A DNA stretch of 64,000 nucleotides from positions 7,823 to 71,822 of the IMG/VR virus record IMGVR_UViG_3300017731_001834, one strand, 5' to 3'. Source of the DNA: a virus. Every line of letters starts with the position of its first letter. Positions within the stretch are counted from its first letter, which is position 1. Below the pieces are notes generated by a model. It made no database searches, had not been told where the DNA came from, and saw only the letters and a list, made by a program, of their open reading frames with translations. Below are positions 30,536 through 39,906 of this stretch, one piece after another. The translations under genes and the position numbers were made by a program.

Positions 30536-31298
30536 AACTTGTGATACAAGTAAGGTATCGATAAGAGAAATACCTAAAGCAACAGCAAAGAAAATGATTA
30601 AGAAGAATCATTATACTCATTCATTTTCTTCTTGTAGATTTGCTTTAGGTATCTTCTATCAAAAAGATACACAACATAAGTTCTTTGATGATATTGATGA
30701 AGAGTTAATCGGTTGTATGAGTTATGGTTATCCTGTGGGTAGAAGTGTTGTCGGTTCAATCTTTACCGATGAAAAGATGCTAGGGACTAATAATATTTTA
30801 GAACTAACAAGGCTTTTCATTCATGATGGTTATGGAAAAAATATTGAATCCTTTTCAATATCACAATCGTTTAAGTGGCTGAAACAAAATGCAAAAGATA
30901 TCAAAGTTTTAATATCATATGCAGACCCAACGGTAAAACATAATGGTAGTATATATCAGGCAACGAATTGGTTATATCAAGGTGAGGGACTGAATCTTAT
31001 GCCAAACTATTCTGTATCACTAACCGAAGAACCATATGAATGGATACATAGTCGTACGGTATTTTCAAGGTTCGGTAGTCACAATATAGAAAAGTTAGGT
31101 AAGGCTATTGGTCACACGTTTTGGAGAATGAGAGAACTTGAAAAACACAGATATGTATTTTTTCTTGGTAATAAGAAAGAAAACAAACTATTTATAAATA
31201 AGTTGAAGTATCAGAAGCTGACTTATCCAAAAGTTGGCGATATCAAAATAGAAATCACAAAACACAAAGTAAAAGAGAAAAAAGGGTTTTATGAGTAA
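30528..31298 (+). CDS. Mom-like (GNAT-fold) DNA adenine-modification protein
   Basis: NHYTH, LELTRL, NIESFSISQSFKWL and LISYADP..KHNGSIYQATNWLY; start likely GTG 30528. Confidence 0.7.
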   Translation: MTKTCDTSKVSIREIPKATAKKMIKKNHYTHSFSSCRFALGIFYQKDTQHKFFDDIDEELIGCMSYGYPVGRSVVGSIFTDEKMLGTNNILELTRLFIHDGYGKNIESFSISQSFKWLKQNAKDIKVLISYADPTVKHNGSIYQATNWLYQGEGLNLMPNYSVSLTEEPYEWIHSRTVFSRFGSHNIEKLGKAIGHTFWRMRELEKHRYVFFLGNKKENKLFINKLKYQKLTYPKVGDIKIEITKHKVKEKKGFYE

Positions 31299-32205
31299 TT
31301 CATTATGGGTTGAAAAGTATCGACCAAATACATTAGATAATTATATCGGTAATGACCATTTAAAATCTAAGGTGGAAAATTATTTAAAAAGTGGTGACCT
31401 ACCACATTTATTACTTTATGGTAAAGCAGGAACAGGTAAAACTACGCTTGCCAAACTATTGGTTAATAATATAGAGTGTGATTATTTATACATTAATGCT
31501 AGTGATGAAAACAACGTTGATACTGTTAGAACAAAAGTAAAGAACTTTGCTTCAACAGTAGGTTTTAAAGATATGAAAGTTATTATCTTGGATGAGTGTG
31601 ATTATATTACACCAAATGCACAAGCTGCACTTCGTAATCTAATGGAGACATTCTCAAAACATTGTAGGTTCATATTGACTTGTAATTATGTAGAAAGAAT
31701 TATCGACCCAATTCAGAGTCGGTGTCAATCATTTCAGATTATACCACCAAGTAAAAGTGAAGTTGCTAAACACTTACATAATATTCTTATTCAAGAAAAT
31801 GTGATAGATTCACCTGAGGATATAAAGATTTTGGTTGAAAGTAGTTATCCTGATATTAGAAGAGTAATAAACGCTGCACAAAGAAATGTTGTAAATGGTA
31901 AATTAAAACTTGATACCACAAGTATTATACAGAATGATTATAAATTAAAGTTATTAAGAATTTTAGAAACAAAAAATAAGAAAGACGCTTTTGTAGAAAT
32001 AAGAAAACTTTTGGCTGACAATACAGTGACAGACTTCGCAGACCTATTCAGATTATTATATGATGAGGTTGATGGTTATGGTAAAGGTCATGTGGCTGAG
32101 TGTATTCTGATTATAGCAAGGTATGAACTTTCAGATGGTCAAGTAGTTGATAAAGAAATCAATGCTATGGCTATGTTAATTGAATTATTAGGAGTAATAA
32201 AATGA
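31291..32205 (+). CDS. Clamp loader ATPase subunit (gp44/RFC-like)
   Basis: LWVEKYRP, GKAGTGKTT, INASDE, ILDECD, AQAALRN and SRC. Confidence 0.93.
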   Translation: MSNSLWVEKYRPNTLDNYIGNDHLKSKVENYLKSGDLPHLLLYGKAGTGKTTLAKLLVNNIECDYLYINASDENNVDTVRTKVKNFASTVGFKDMKVIILDECDYITPNAQAALRNLMETFSKHCRFILTCNYVERIIDPIQSRCQSFQIIPPSKSEVAKHLHNILIQENVIDSPEDIKILVESSYPDIRRVINAAQRNVVNGKLKLDTTSIIQNDYKLKLLRILETKNKKDAFVEIRKLLADNTVTDFADLFRLLYDEVDGYGKGHVAECILIIARYELSDGQVVDKEINAMAMLIELLGVIK

Positions 32206-32480
32206 GTATGCACCCACAAGGTAGAATACAAAAACAAAAACAACAAGTACAAGTTGATTTAAAACAAGCTGAAACTATTAAATGTGGTGATTGTGGTAAC
32301 TATTTATTTATAACATCATTCATATTAAAAAAGTTATCAGCCTTAGTTTCACCAAATGGTCAAGAATCATTAATACCCGTTCAAGTTTATAGTTGTGGTA
32401 ATTGTGGTAAGGTAGCTGATGGGTTTTTAGATGGTTCAGGTGTAAGTGAGAGTGTACAATCAAATGTCAAAAAAGGATAG
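32202..32480 (+). CDS. Zinc-ribbon protein
   Basis: CGDCG...CGNCG; GGAG SD. Confidence 0.7.
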   Translation: MSMHPQGRIQKQKQQVQVDLKQAETIKCGDCGNYLFITSFILKKLSALVSPNGQESLIPVQVYSCGNCGKVADGFLDGSGVSESVQSNVKKG

Positions 32481-32622
32481 ATACTCTGAAGCTGGTAAAG
32501 GTGATGGACTACGAAGAGGTATAAGTTATGAAGAGTGGGAAAAAAGATATGAAAAAATATTCGGTAAAAAAGAAGAGTCTATTCGACCACATAAAACAGA
32601 TAACAGCGGTTCAAAGTCCTAA
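32464..32622 (+). CDS. Small GKGD-motif protein (52 aa; not in ORF track)
   Basis: MSKKDRYSEAGKGDGLRRGISYEEWEKRYEKIFGKKEE...; fills the gap and overlaps both neighbours. Confidence 0.5.
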   Translation: MSKKDRYSEAGKGDGLRRGISYEEWEKRYEKIFGKKEESIRPHKTDNSGSKS

Positions 32623-33046
32623 TTATTGGGAAGAGATTTCAGACGAAGATAAAAAAACTTGGTCTAATTATATGGTTCATAGATTCCTATCAATGAAGAT
32701 GGAATGGGTTGAATTAGTAAATGAATTACAAAAGTATAATTTGGAGTCAAAAGATTTGTACAAATTATACGCCAATGTTTTACCAAAGGGTAAACAATGG
32801 TTAAAATATATTAAGGGAGAAAAACGAATGGAACATCCACAATGGTTAATTAATTTAGTATCATTACATATGAAGAATAGTAGGAAAGAAGCCTATGACG
32901 CTGTTGAAATGTATATGTTAACAGAGGGCGGTATGCTTGAGTTAGCAGAGCTTTGTAAAAAATACGGAGTTGAACCAAAGAAAATAGAAAAAGCTGGATT
33001 AAATGTATTAGGTAGTGTAGGCGGATATACCGCTGGAAATGGCTAA
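32549..33046 (+). CDS. Clamp loader small subunit (gp62-like)
   Basis: SLFDHIKQIT, WSNYMVHRFLSM, VNELQKY and LPKGKQWLKYIK. Confidence 0.65.
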   Translation: MKKYSVKKKSLFDHIKQITAVQSPNYWEEISDEDKKTWSNYMVHRFLSMKMEWVELVNELQKYNLESKDLYKLYANVLPKGKQWLKYIKGEKRMEHPQWLINLVSLHMKNSRKEAYDAVEMYMLTEGGMLELAELCKKYGVEPKKIEKAGLNVLGSVGGYTAGNG

Positions 33047-33054
33047 AAAAATAC

Positions 33055-33084
33055 TTGACTTATATACGATTTTATTCGTATATT
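33055..33084 (+). promoter_or_regulatory. Sigma70-like early/middle promoter
   Basis: TTGACT-N18-TATATT with TTCG before the -10. Confidence 0.7.
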
Positions 33085-33109
33085 CAGTTATGTAAATTAG
33101 GAGAAATAT

Positions 33110-33493
33110 ATGGAAAAGGTTATAAAAGATAGTCCTCGTGTAAAATCAGAGGAGTATGATGTTATTCAAAAGATGGAAGAAGAGTGGCCAGAGATGACCA
33201 CCGAGTTCAAGAAGATTCAAAAAGAACAATATGAATTATTCTTACATAAACAACACGATTATGGTCCTGGTAATATTTCAGTAGGTACAAACCTACAAAC
33301 ACCTGAAGAAGTAAAATTATCATTAACAGGCTTATGGTTTCGTATGAATGATAAGCTACAAAGGATGAAAACATTGTTAATGGGAAATAAAGAATCAGCC
33401 GTACAAGATGAACCATTAGAAGATGCTTATCTTGATGTTTCAAATTATGGAATCATAGCTACGTTAGTTGGTCGTGGTAAGTGGGGAAAATGA
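33110..33493 (+). CDS. Nucleotide-modification-associated domain 1 (DUF1599-like, MazG/dUTPase helical fold)
   Basis: KQHDYG, RMNDKLQR and EPLEDAYLDVSNYGII. Confidence 0.7.
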   Translation: MEKVIKDSPRVKSEEYDVIQKMEEEWPEMTTEFKKIQKEQYELFLHKQHDYGPGNISVGTNLQTPEEVKLSLTGLWFRMNDKLQRMKTLLMGNKESAVQDEPLEDAYLDVSNYGIIATLVGRGKWGK

Positions 33494-34353
33494 AACGAAT
33501 AAGTTATAGTCAGTATAGTCAATGGGATGTATGTCCTTACAAGTGGAAGCTTAACTACGTAGACAAGTTAAGTAAATTTACAGATAATATACATACTTTG
33601 TTTGGGACTTCCATGCATGAAGTCTTACAAACCTACTTAACTGTAATGTATGAAGACACGGTCAAAATGGCTGATGCTCTACCCCTACAAGAGATGTTAT
33701 TAAAAAGGATGAAAACTAATTACTCACAAATCATGGGTAGAAATGGTGGAGAGGTTTTTGTAGAACAACATGATATGGAAGAGTTTTATCAGCATGGACT
33801 TCTAATATTAGAATGGTTCAAAAAGAAACGTGGTATGTATTTTAGTAAAAAAGGTTATGAGTTAGTTGGCATAGAGGTTCCAATAGACTATGTGATGGAT
33901 GATGGTATTAAGTTCATTGGTTATATTGATGTATTGATTCATGATAAGGTGAGAGATAGATATAAGATTATAGATATTAAGACCTCAACAATGGGTTGGA
34001 ATAAGTATCAGAAAGCTGATAAGAATAAAACAGACCAATTATTATTATATAAGAATTTTTGGGGCGCTCAGAATGAGGTTCCATTAGATAAAATAGATGT
34101 AGAATATTTTATCGTAAAAAGAAAACTATACGAGAAGTTAGATTTTCCACAACGTAGGGTACAAACCTTTATACCAGCCAATGGTAAACCAAGCATAAAC
34201 AAAGTAGTTAACAATGTAAACAGATTTGTAGAAGAATGTTTCATAGGTGATGAGCACAATGTTGAGAGAGATTATATGAAAAATCCATCAAAGAAAAATT
34301 GTAGATTCTGTGAATTTAATCAAACAGAACATTGTGACGTAGGAGTAAAATAA
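33490..34353 (+). CDS. PD-(D/E)xK exonuclease (RecB/AddB/Cas4-like)
   Basis: ISYSQ..CPYKW, GTSMH, GYIDV...IIDIKTS, QLLLY and C-terminal CRFC...C (Fe-S ligands). Confidence 0.85.
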   Translation: MKRISYSQYSQWDVCPYKWKLNYVDKLSKFTDNIHTLFGTSMHEVLQTYLTVMYEDTVKMADALPLQEMLLKRMKTNYSQIMGRNGGEVFVEQHDMEEFYQHGLLILEWFKKKRGMYFSKKGYELVGIEVPIDYVMDDGIKFIGYIDVLIHDKVRDRYKIIDIKTSTMGWNKYQKADKNKTDQLLLYKNFWGAQNEVPLDKIDVEYFIVKRKLYEKLDFPQRRVQTFIPANGKPSINKVVNNVNRFVEECFIGDEHNVERDYMKNPSKKNCRFCEFNQTEHCDVGVK

Positions 34354-34766
34354 TGACTAGAGTTGCTAACATTAGATTAAAACTTTCTGATTTTATAAAC
34401 ACAGATTTAGAAAACGTAATCATGGAGAAGATAAAAGATATAGAGCAAAGCTTAAGAATAAAGTTTGTTTTGTATTTTTGGATTGACAATCAAGACGTTG
34501 ACCTAAAAAGTTTTTATGAAAGGTGGAAAGATAATTTATCAATCAAAACAATAATTAAAAATGATGCAAATCTATCTGCTAACGAATTCATTTTCTTTGA
34601 TATAGCACCACATGATATAGGATATCATTCCAACGTTAGATTCCAATCAAAATATAAGTATATTGAAACGATACCACATATACTATCAGATTTGTATGAC
34701 GTGGCTAAATTTACAACCTCAACTCATACAATGAAACCACAGAAAAGAAATGATTATGAAGACTAA
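34353..34766 (+). CDS. Hypothetical protein
   Basis: AGGAG SD and TAATG coupling. Confidence 0.6.
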   Translation: MTRVANIRLKLSDFINTDLENVIMEKIKDIEQSLRIKFVLYFWIDNQDVDLKSFYERWKDNLSIKTIIKNDANLSANEFIFFDIAPHDIGYHSNVRFQSKYKYIETIPHILSDLYDVAKFTTSTHTMKPQKRNDYED

Positions 34767-35163
34767 AATAGCAATAATCGGTAGTAGGGTCTATACAAAT
34801 AATAAAAAAATAAAAGACTTTATTTATAATTTAAAGGAAAAGTATAAGGATGACGTTGTGATTGTTAGTGGTGGTCAACCACAAGGTGCTGATGGATATG
34901 CAAAAAAATATGCTTTAGAGTTTGATATGAATTATAAGGAGTTTCCACCAGCGCATTATAATTGGAATATGCATTGTGTTTTACCAGCGACCGAGTATAA
35001 AAAAACATATTATGTTTCGAATTATATTAAAAGAAATAAACAACTCGCTGAGTATTCAGATATTATAGTAGCTTTCATGCCAGAGGGTCAAGTCACAAGA
35101 GGTACCAGTTCAACTTTAGAATATGCAGTTAAGAAAAAAAAGTTGATTAAAATAATGAGTTAG
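34756..35163 (+). CDS. SLOG-family (YspA/DprA-like) nucleotide-binding protein
   Basis: IAIIGSR, IVSGG..GAD, RNKQLAEYSD and SRG-like TRGTSST. Confidence 0.75.
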   Translation: MKTKIAIIGSRVYTNNKKIKDFIYNLKEKYKDDVVIVSGGQPQGADGYAKKYALEFDMNYKEFPPAHYNWNMHCVLPATEYKKTYYVSNYIKRNKQLAEYSDIIVAFMPEGQVTRGTSSTLEYAVKKKKLIKIMS

Positions 35164-35166
35164 TAT

Positions 35167-35174
35167 ATATTTAT
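35167..35174 (+). promoter_or_regulatory. Late-type motif heading the glycan island
   Basis: ATATTTAT, identical to the motif upstream of the sheath and tube genes. Confidence 0.5.
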
Positions 35175-35198
35175 ATATGTATATACAGAGGTTTTATT

Positions 35199-35390
35199 AT
35201 GAATTACAAACTAACATCAGTAAAAATATTGAAAGAATTATATAAAAATTTCAAGACAAGCACGGTTGAAAGCGAATTTACGTTACAAAAATTAGTAAAT
35301 CGTTCAATGGATTTATATGTGCTTGATTCTGATTTTAAAAATAAAATAAATTCTTATAACAACTTAATACCAAGTGGGAGTAGATTATGA
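35199..35390 (+). CDS. Small protein, possibly ribbon-helix-helix-like
   Basis: LTSVKI (beta strand) followed by two helices (TLQKLVNRSMDLY). Confidence 0.55.
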   Translation: MNYKLTSVKILKELYKNFKTSTVESEFTLQKLVNRSMDLYVLDSDFKNKINSYNNLIPSGSRL

Positions 35391-35629
35391 GCAATATGAG
35401 AGAAGACTTTATAAATGCTTTAAGATTAAATTTTAAAGCGAATATTGAAAAACACCGTGTAAACGTAGAAAGTATTATGTGTAATTCTGTGGGTATCGGT
35501 GAGCATGGAGACTTGATGGATGAGATGGAGAAAGAGATAAGCAAAATGGCTGACTACGCAGATAAGTTAGAAATGTTGGATTACTTTGAAGCTGAAGTGG
35601 GGCCAAACAAAACAGTTTTAAAAGGTTAG
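35387..35629 (+). CDS. Small helical-hairpin protein (VGIGEH motif)
   Basis: ATGA coupling; NSVGIGEHGDLMDE. Confidence 0.65.
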   Translation: MSNMREDFINALRLNFKANIEKHRVNVESIMCNSVGIGEHGDLMDEMEKEISKMADYADKLEMLDYFEAEVGPNKTVLKG

Positions 35630-35636
35630 AGGTTAT

Positions 35637-37025
35637 ATGTCTAAGAAAAAAATATTATTACTTTCAGATGATTTAAGAATGTCAAGTGGTGTCGGTACAA
35701 TGTCAAAAGAATTTGTTTTAGGCACAATAAATCATTATGATTGGGCTCAAATAGGTGGAGCTATAAAACATCCTGAGAATGGTAAGAGGGTTGATATGAA
35801 TCAAGTCTCAAGAGAAGAGACTGGCGTTGAAGATGCATCATTAACAATCTATCCAACCAGCGGATATGGTAATCCTGATTTGTTAAGACAGATTATGGAT
35901 TTAGAACAGCCAGATGCTATCTTACACTACACCGACCCAAGGTTTTGGAGATGGTTATACGATATGGAACATGAGATAAGACAAGAGATTCCAATATTCT
36001 ATTACAATATTTGGGACGATTGGCCAGCTCCACAATACAATGAAAACTTTTATGAATGTTCTGACTTGATTATGAATATATCAAAACAAACAGTAGCGAT
36101 TGTAAATGAAGTTGCAAAGAATAAACCACGTACAAAAACTGATTGCACATACTTACCACATGGTATAAGTGAAAAATATTTTAAACCAATATCAATATTT
36201 GATGATGAGTATAATAGTGTGTTGGAAATGAAAAAACAATTAACTGATGAAAATGTGGAATTTATTGTGTTTTACAATAACAGAAATATCCGTCGTAAAT
36301 TACCAGGTGATGTAATAATGGCATTTAAATATTTTTGTGATATGTTACCAAAAGAAGAAGCTGATAAATGTGCATTGTTAATGCATACTCAGCCAGTAGA
36401 TGATAATGGTACAGATTTACCAGCAGTAGCCAAAGCAGTGGCACCAGATTGTAAAGTATACTTTAGTTCAAAAAAATTAGATGCAGATAAATTAAACTAT
36501 CTTTATAATATGGCTGATGTTACGGTTAATATGGCTTCTAATGAGGGATTTGGATTGGGTACAGCAGAATCATTAATTGCTGGTACACCAATCGTTGTTA
36601 ATGTTACAGGTGGATTACAAGACCAATGTGGTTTTAAACTTAATGGTAAACATATTACATCTGATGATTATAATGAAATAAAGTCATTACATGATGATAG
36701 AAAATGGGCTCACAATGAAGAGTTAACTTGGGGTGATTGGGTTAAACCTGTTTGGCCATCAAATAGATGTTTGCAAGGTTCACCTCCCACACCATATATT
36801 TTTGACGATAGATGTAGATGGGATGATGTTGGTGATAACATATACGAATGGTATATGATGGATGAAGAAAAAAGAAGAGAGTGTGGAATGAAAGGACATG
36901 ATTACGTAAAACGTGAGGATGTTATGATGACTTCCAAAATGATGTCTGACAATTTTATAGAACAAATGGACAAAGTTTTTTCTGAGTGGAAGCCAAGAAA
37001 AAGATTTACCATTTTTAAAGCATAG
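35637..37025 (+). CDS. GT4-like (GT-B) glycosyltransferase
   Basis: SGVG, PHGI, NRNIRRK and EGFGLGTAES (Ex7E). Confidence 0.88.
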   Translation: MSKKKILLLSDDLRMSSGVGTMSKEFVLGTINHYDWAQIGGAIKHPENGKRVDMNQVSREETGVEDASLTIYPTSGYGNPDLLRQIMDLEQPDAILHYTDPRFWRWLYDMEHEIRQEIPIFYYNIWDDWPAPQYNENFYECSDLIMNISKQTVAIVNEVAKNKPRTKTDCTYLPHGISEKYFKPISIFDDEYNSVLEMKKQLTDENVEFIVFYNNRNIRRKLPGDVIMAFKYFCDMLPKEEADKCALLMHTQPVDDNGTDLPAVAKAVAPDCKVYFSSKKLDADKLNYLYNMADVTVNMASNEGFGLGTAESLIAGTPIVVNVTGGLQDQCGFKLNGKHITSDDYNEIKSLHDDRKWAHNEELTWGDWVKPVWPSNRCLQGSPPTPYIFDDRCRWDDVGDNIYEWYMMDEEKRRECGMKGHDYVKREDVMMTSKMMSDNFIEQMDKVFSEWKPRKRFTIFKA

Positions 37026-37033
37026 AGGTTATA

Positions 37034-38362
37034 ATGAGTAAGCCAGTATTATTAGTAACAGCGCCTGTAGCAACAAGAAGTGGTTATGGAGCACACGCGA
37101 GAGATATAGTTCGTTCCTTAATTGAGTTAGATAAATATGACGTTAAGATTTGGAACGTACGTTGGGGAACCACTCCGTTAAATGCTTTAGATAAATCTTC
37201 TGAAAGGGATAAACCAATAATAGATAGATTGTTACAGACTCCACAACTACCTAATCAGCCTGATATACATATTCATATCGTAGTTCCAAATGAATTTAGT
37301 CCAATTGGTAAATACAATATAGGTATTACGGCAGGTTTAGAATGCACGATTGTACCACCTGAATGGATGCAGGGATTAAATAAGATGGATATGAATATTG
37401 TTCCATCAACGTTTGTTTCTAATACCCTACGAAACATAAATTTTGATATAAAGGATGAAAAAACACAAGAGCTAAAAGGCGTATTAAAATTAGATAAACC
37501 CATGGAAGTTTTGTTTGAGGGTGTTGATAATACAGTTTACAAAAAGACTAAAGAGTTTAGTAAAGAGCTTGTTGATGAAATGAAATCTATAAATGAATCA
37601 TTTAACTTTCTCTATGTAGGACATTGGTTACAAGGTGGATTAGGTGAAGATAGAAAAGATACAGGTATGTTAGTGAAAGTTTTCTTAGAGACTTTTAAGA
37701 ACCAAAAAGTTAAACCTGGCTTAATACTAAAGACAAGTGGTGCTGGATTCTCTGTTTTAGATAGAGAGGAAATTCTCAAAAAAATTAGAGATATTAGAAA
37801 TTCTATTAGTGGAGATTTACCTAACGTATATTTATTACATGGAGACTTACAAGACGAAGAAATAAATGAATTGTATAATCATCCAAAAGTAAAAGCACAC
37901 GTTAACTTAACACATGGTGAAGGATTTGGTAGACCATTGTTAGAAGCTTCAATATCAGGTAAACCAATCATAGCTTCATCATGGAGTGGACAATTAGACT
38001 TCTTGAATTCAAATTCAAGCGTATTAGTTTCAGGTAGGATGACCGACGTACCAAAATCAGCTCTTCCAGAAAAGATGCATGTTGATGGAACGCAATGGTT
38101 TACTGCTGATTATCAAGAAGCATCATCTTATATGAAAGACGTATATAAAAATTACAAAAAATATACATCTAATTCCATGAAGTTAGGTAAAGTAAATGAA
38201 TCATTGTTTTCTTTAAAAAGGATGACAAAAGAACTTGGTAAAATACTAGATAACTATGTTCCTGATTTTCCAAAAGAGGTTGAATTAAAGCTACCAAAGT
38301 TGAAAAAAGTAGGACAGAAAGTTAAACCAAAAATAGAATTACCAAAACTAAAGAGAGTATAA
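37034..38362 (+). CDS. GT4-like (GT-B) glycosyltransferase
   Basis: SGYG, RKD and GEGFGRPLLEA (Ex7E). Confidence 0.88.
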   Translation: MSKPVLLVTAPVATRSGYGAHARDIVRSLIELDKYDVKIWNVRWGTTPLNALDKSSERDKPIIDRLLQTPQLPNQPDIHIHIVVPNEFSPIGKYNIGITAGLECTIVPPEWMQGLNKMDMNIVPSTFVSNTLRNINFDIKDEKTQELKGVLKLDKPMEVLFEGVDNTVYKKTKEFSKELVDEMKSINESFNFLYVGHWLQGGLGEDRKDTGMLVKVFLETFKNQKVKPGLILKTSGAGFSVLDREEILKKIRDIRNSISGDLPNVYLLHGDLQDEEINELYNHPKVKAHVNLTHGEGFGRPLLEASISGKPIIASSWSGQLDFLNSNSSVLVSGRMTDVPKSALPEKMHVDGTQWFTADYQEASSYMKDVYKNYKKYTSNSMKLGKVNESLFSLKRMTKELGKILDNYVPDFPKEVELKLPKLKKVGQKVKPKIELPKLKRV

Positions 38363-38805
38363 TGGAAATAAAAATAAATTGCCCAATTTGTTATAGCACA
38401 AAAAAATGTTTTGAAGAAAAACAAGAGGAATATAGTTCTTATCTTTGTTTTAAATGTGGTTATATGAGTGATTCAAGGTATGAAATCGGTAGTCTAAGTG
38501 TTTTAAATAACATTAAAAAATCACCAAAGTTAGTTCAAGATACGGTATACGAAGATAAAGAAAGAAATATAGTTTGGCTATTATCTGTGATAAACATGGG
38601 ACAGATGGGTATGATTTATCCTGAGGGTTCAGCTGAAATATATGAGTGGAAGTATGCAAAGGTTGTTACTATACCTGAGGAAGAAAGAAAAAACTACGAT
38701 GGTCACGTTCAGAGATTAGATGTAGAAAATGCTAAATCATTTCATAAGTTTGATTTCTTATCTGCTTGTGATGAATTGGGTATGACCAAAAGAGTATTTA
38801 ACTAA
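38362..38805 (+). CDS. Zinc-finger hypothetical protein
   Basis: CPIC...CFKCG. Confidence 0.65.
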   Translation: MEIKINCPICYSTKKCFEEKQEEYSSYLCFKCGYMSDSRYEIGSLSVLNNIKKSPKLVQDTVYEDKERNIVWLLSVINMGQMGMIYPEGSAEIYEWKYAKVVTIPEEERKNYDGHVQRLDVENAKSFHKFDFLSACDELGMTKRVFN

Positions 38806-39272
38806 TGCCTAAACAAGTATACGCTTGGGGAAAAGTAAAAGCTGGTGATATTATATCTTTTAGGTATAACCAAAACCTAAATACTCTTTTAGTTTTAAAT
38901 GTTCAATTACCTTTCAGAAAGAAAGATGGCAGTAAATCACTTCATTTGGTTGGATTGAAATTAGAAGAAAAAGGAACTATTAGGACAATACGAAGTCAAC
39001 CTATGCTAGTAACAATATTAGAAACAATTGGTGAAATAAAATTAGTAGAGGGTAGTGATGATATTTTTAGGTTAGACATACCAAATACTCAACGACTCGG
39101 TGTTAGAAGAGACGTGTATATTAAAATAGAAAGATTTTTAAAAGCAAATAGCGTATATCGAACATACGATTATATGAAAGCTAAAAAATCACAAGTGTTT
39201 CTTGAACCAATTGAATTACCAAAAAATGTTATAGAAGCGATAATATCAGATGAGGAATTAAGTGAAGATTAG
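38805..39272 (+). CDS. Hypothetical protein
   Basis: TAATG coupling; GDIISFRY...YRTY. Confidence 0.6.
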   Translation: MPKQVYAWGKVKAGDIISFRYNQNLNTLLVLNVQLPFRKKDGSKSLHLVGLKLEEKGTIRTIRSQPMLVTILETIGEIKLVEGSDDIFRLDIPNTQRLGVRRDVYIKIERFLKANSVYRTYDYMKAKKSQVFLEPIELPKNVIEAIISDEELSED

Positions 39273-39906
39273 TTATGGTATAACAGTCCACAATGAGGCT
39301 GATGAATTAAATAGGTTATTAGAAACTCTAATACACAAAACAGATGTAGAAGATGAGATAGTTATTTGTGTTGATGGTAACGATGAAAAAGTACAAGAAG
39401 TTATTATGAGTTGGGTTCAACAATATGGAAGTGATGATATTGATAAAAAGAAAGACATCATAGTATATAATAGAAAACTTGAAAATGACTTCGCAGCTCA
39501 TAAAAATTCAGTTATAGAAAAATCTACAGGTGATTATATATTTCATATTGACGCCGACGAGTATCCAAGTGATGCTTTGTTACTACACATGAAACCTATC
39601 TTAGAAGCAAACGATATAGATTTGATTTGGGTTCCAAGAATAAACACGGTTGATGGCTTAACTGAGAGTCACATACAAAAATGGGGATGGAGAGTTACAG
39701 AAAATGGTTGGGTAAATTATCCTGATTATCAAGCAAGAATATTTAAAAGAGATAAAGATATAAAATGGATTAAACCAGTTCATGAAATTATTTCAGGTGC
39801 TAACACCTATTCACATTTGCCACCAAATGAAACTCTAAGTCTATATCATCCTAAGACAATAGATAAACAAGAAAAACAAAATGCACTATATGAGTCAATA
39901 ATATGA
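39262..39906 (+). CDS. GT2 glycosyltransferase
   Basis: ISYGITVHNE, DFAAHKN, IDADE, PDYQARIF and VHE. Confidence 0.88.
   Translation: MKISYGITVHNEADELNRLLETLIHKTDVEDEIVICVDGNDEKVQEVIMSWVQQYGSDDIDKKKDIIVYNRKLENDFAAHKNSVIEKSTGDYIFHIDADEYPSDALLLHMKPILEANDIDLIWVPRINTVDGLTESHIQKWGWRVTENGWVNYPDYQARIFKRDKDIKWIKPVHEIISGANTYSHLPPNETLSLYHPKTIDKQEKQNALYESII

Noticed and set aside
33490-34353. CRISPR-Cas locus suggested by the Cas4-like nuclease
   Set aside because: No repeat-spacer array or other cas genes were seen; solo Cas4-like exonucleases are common in phages.
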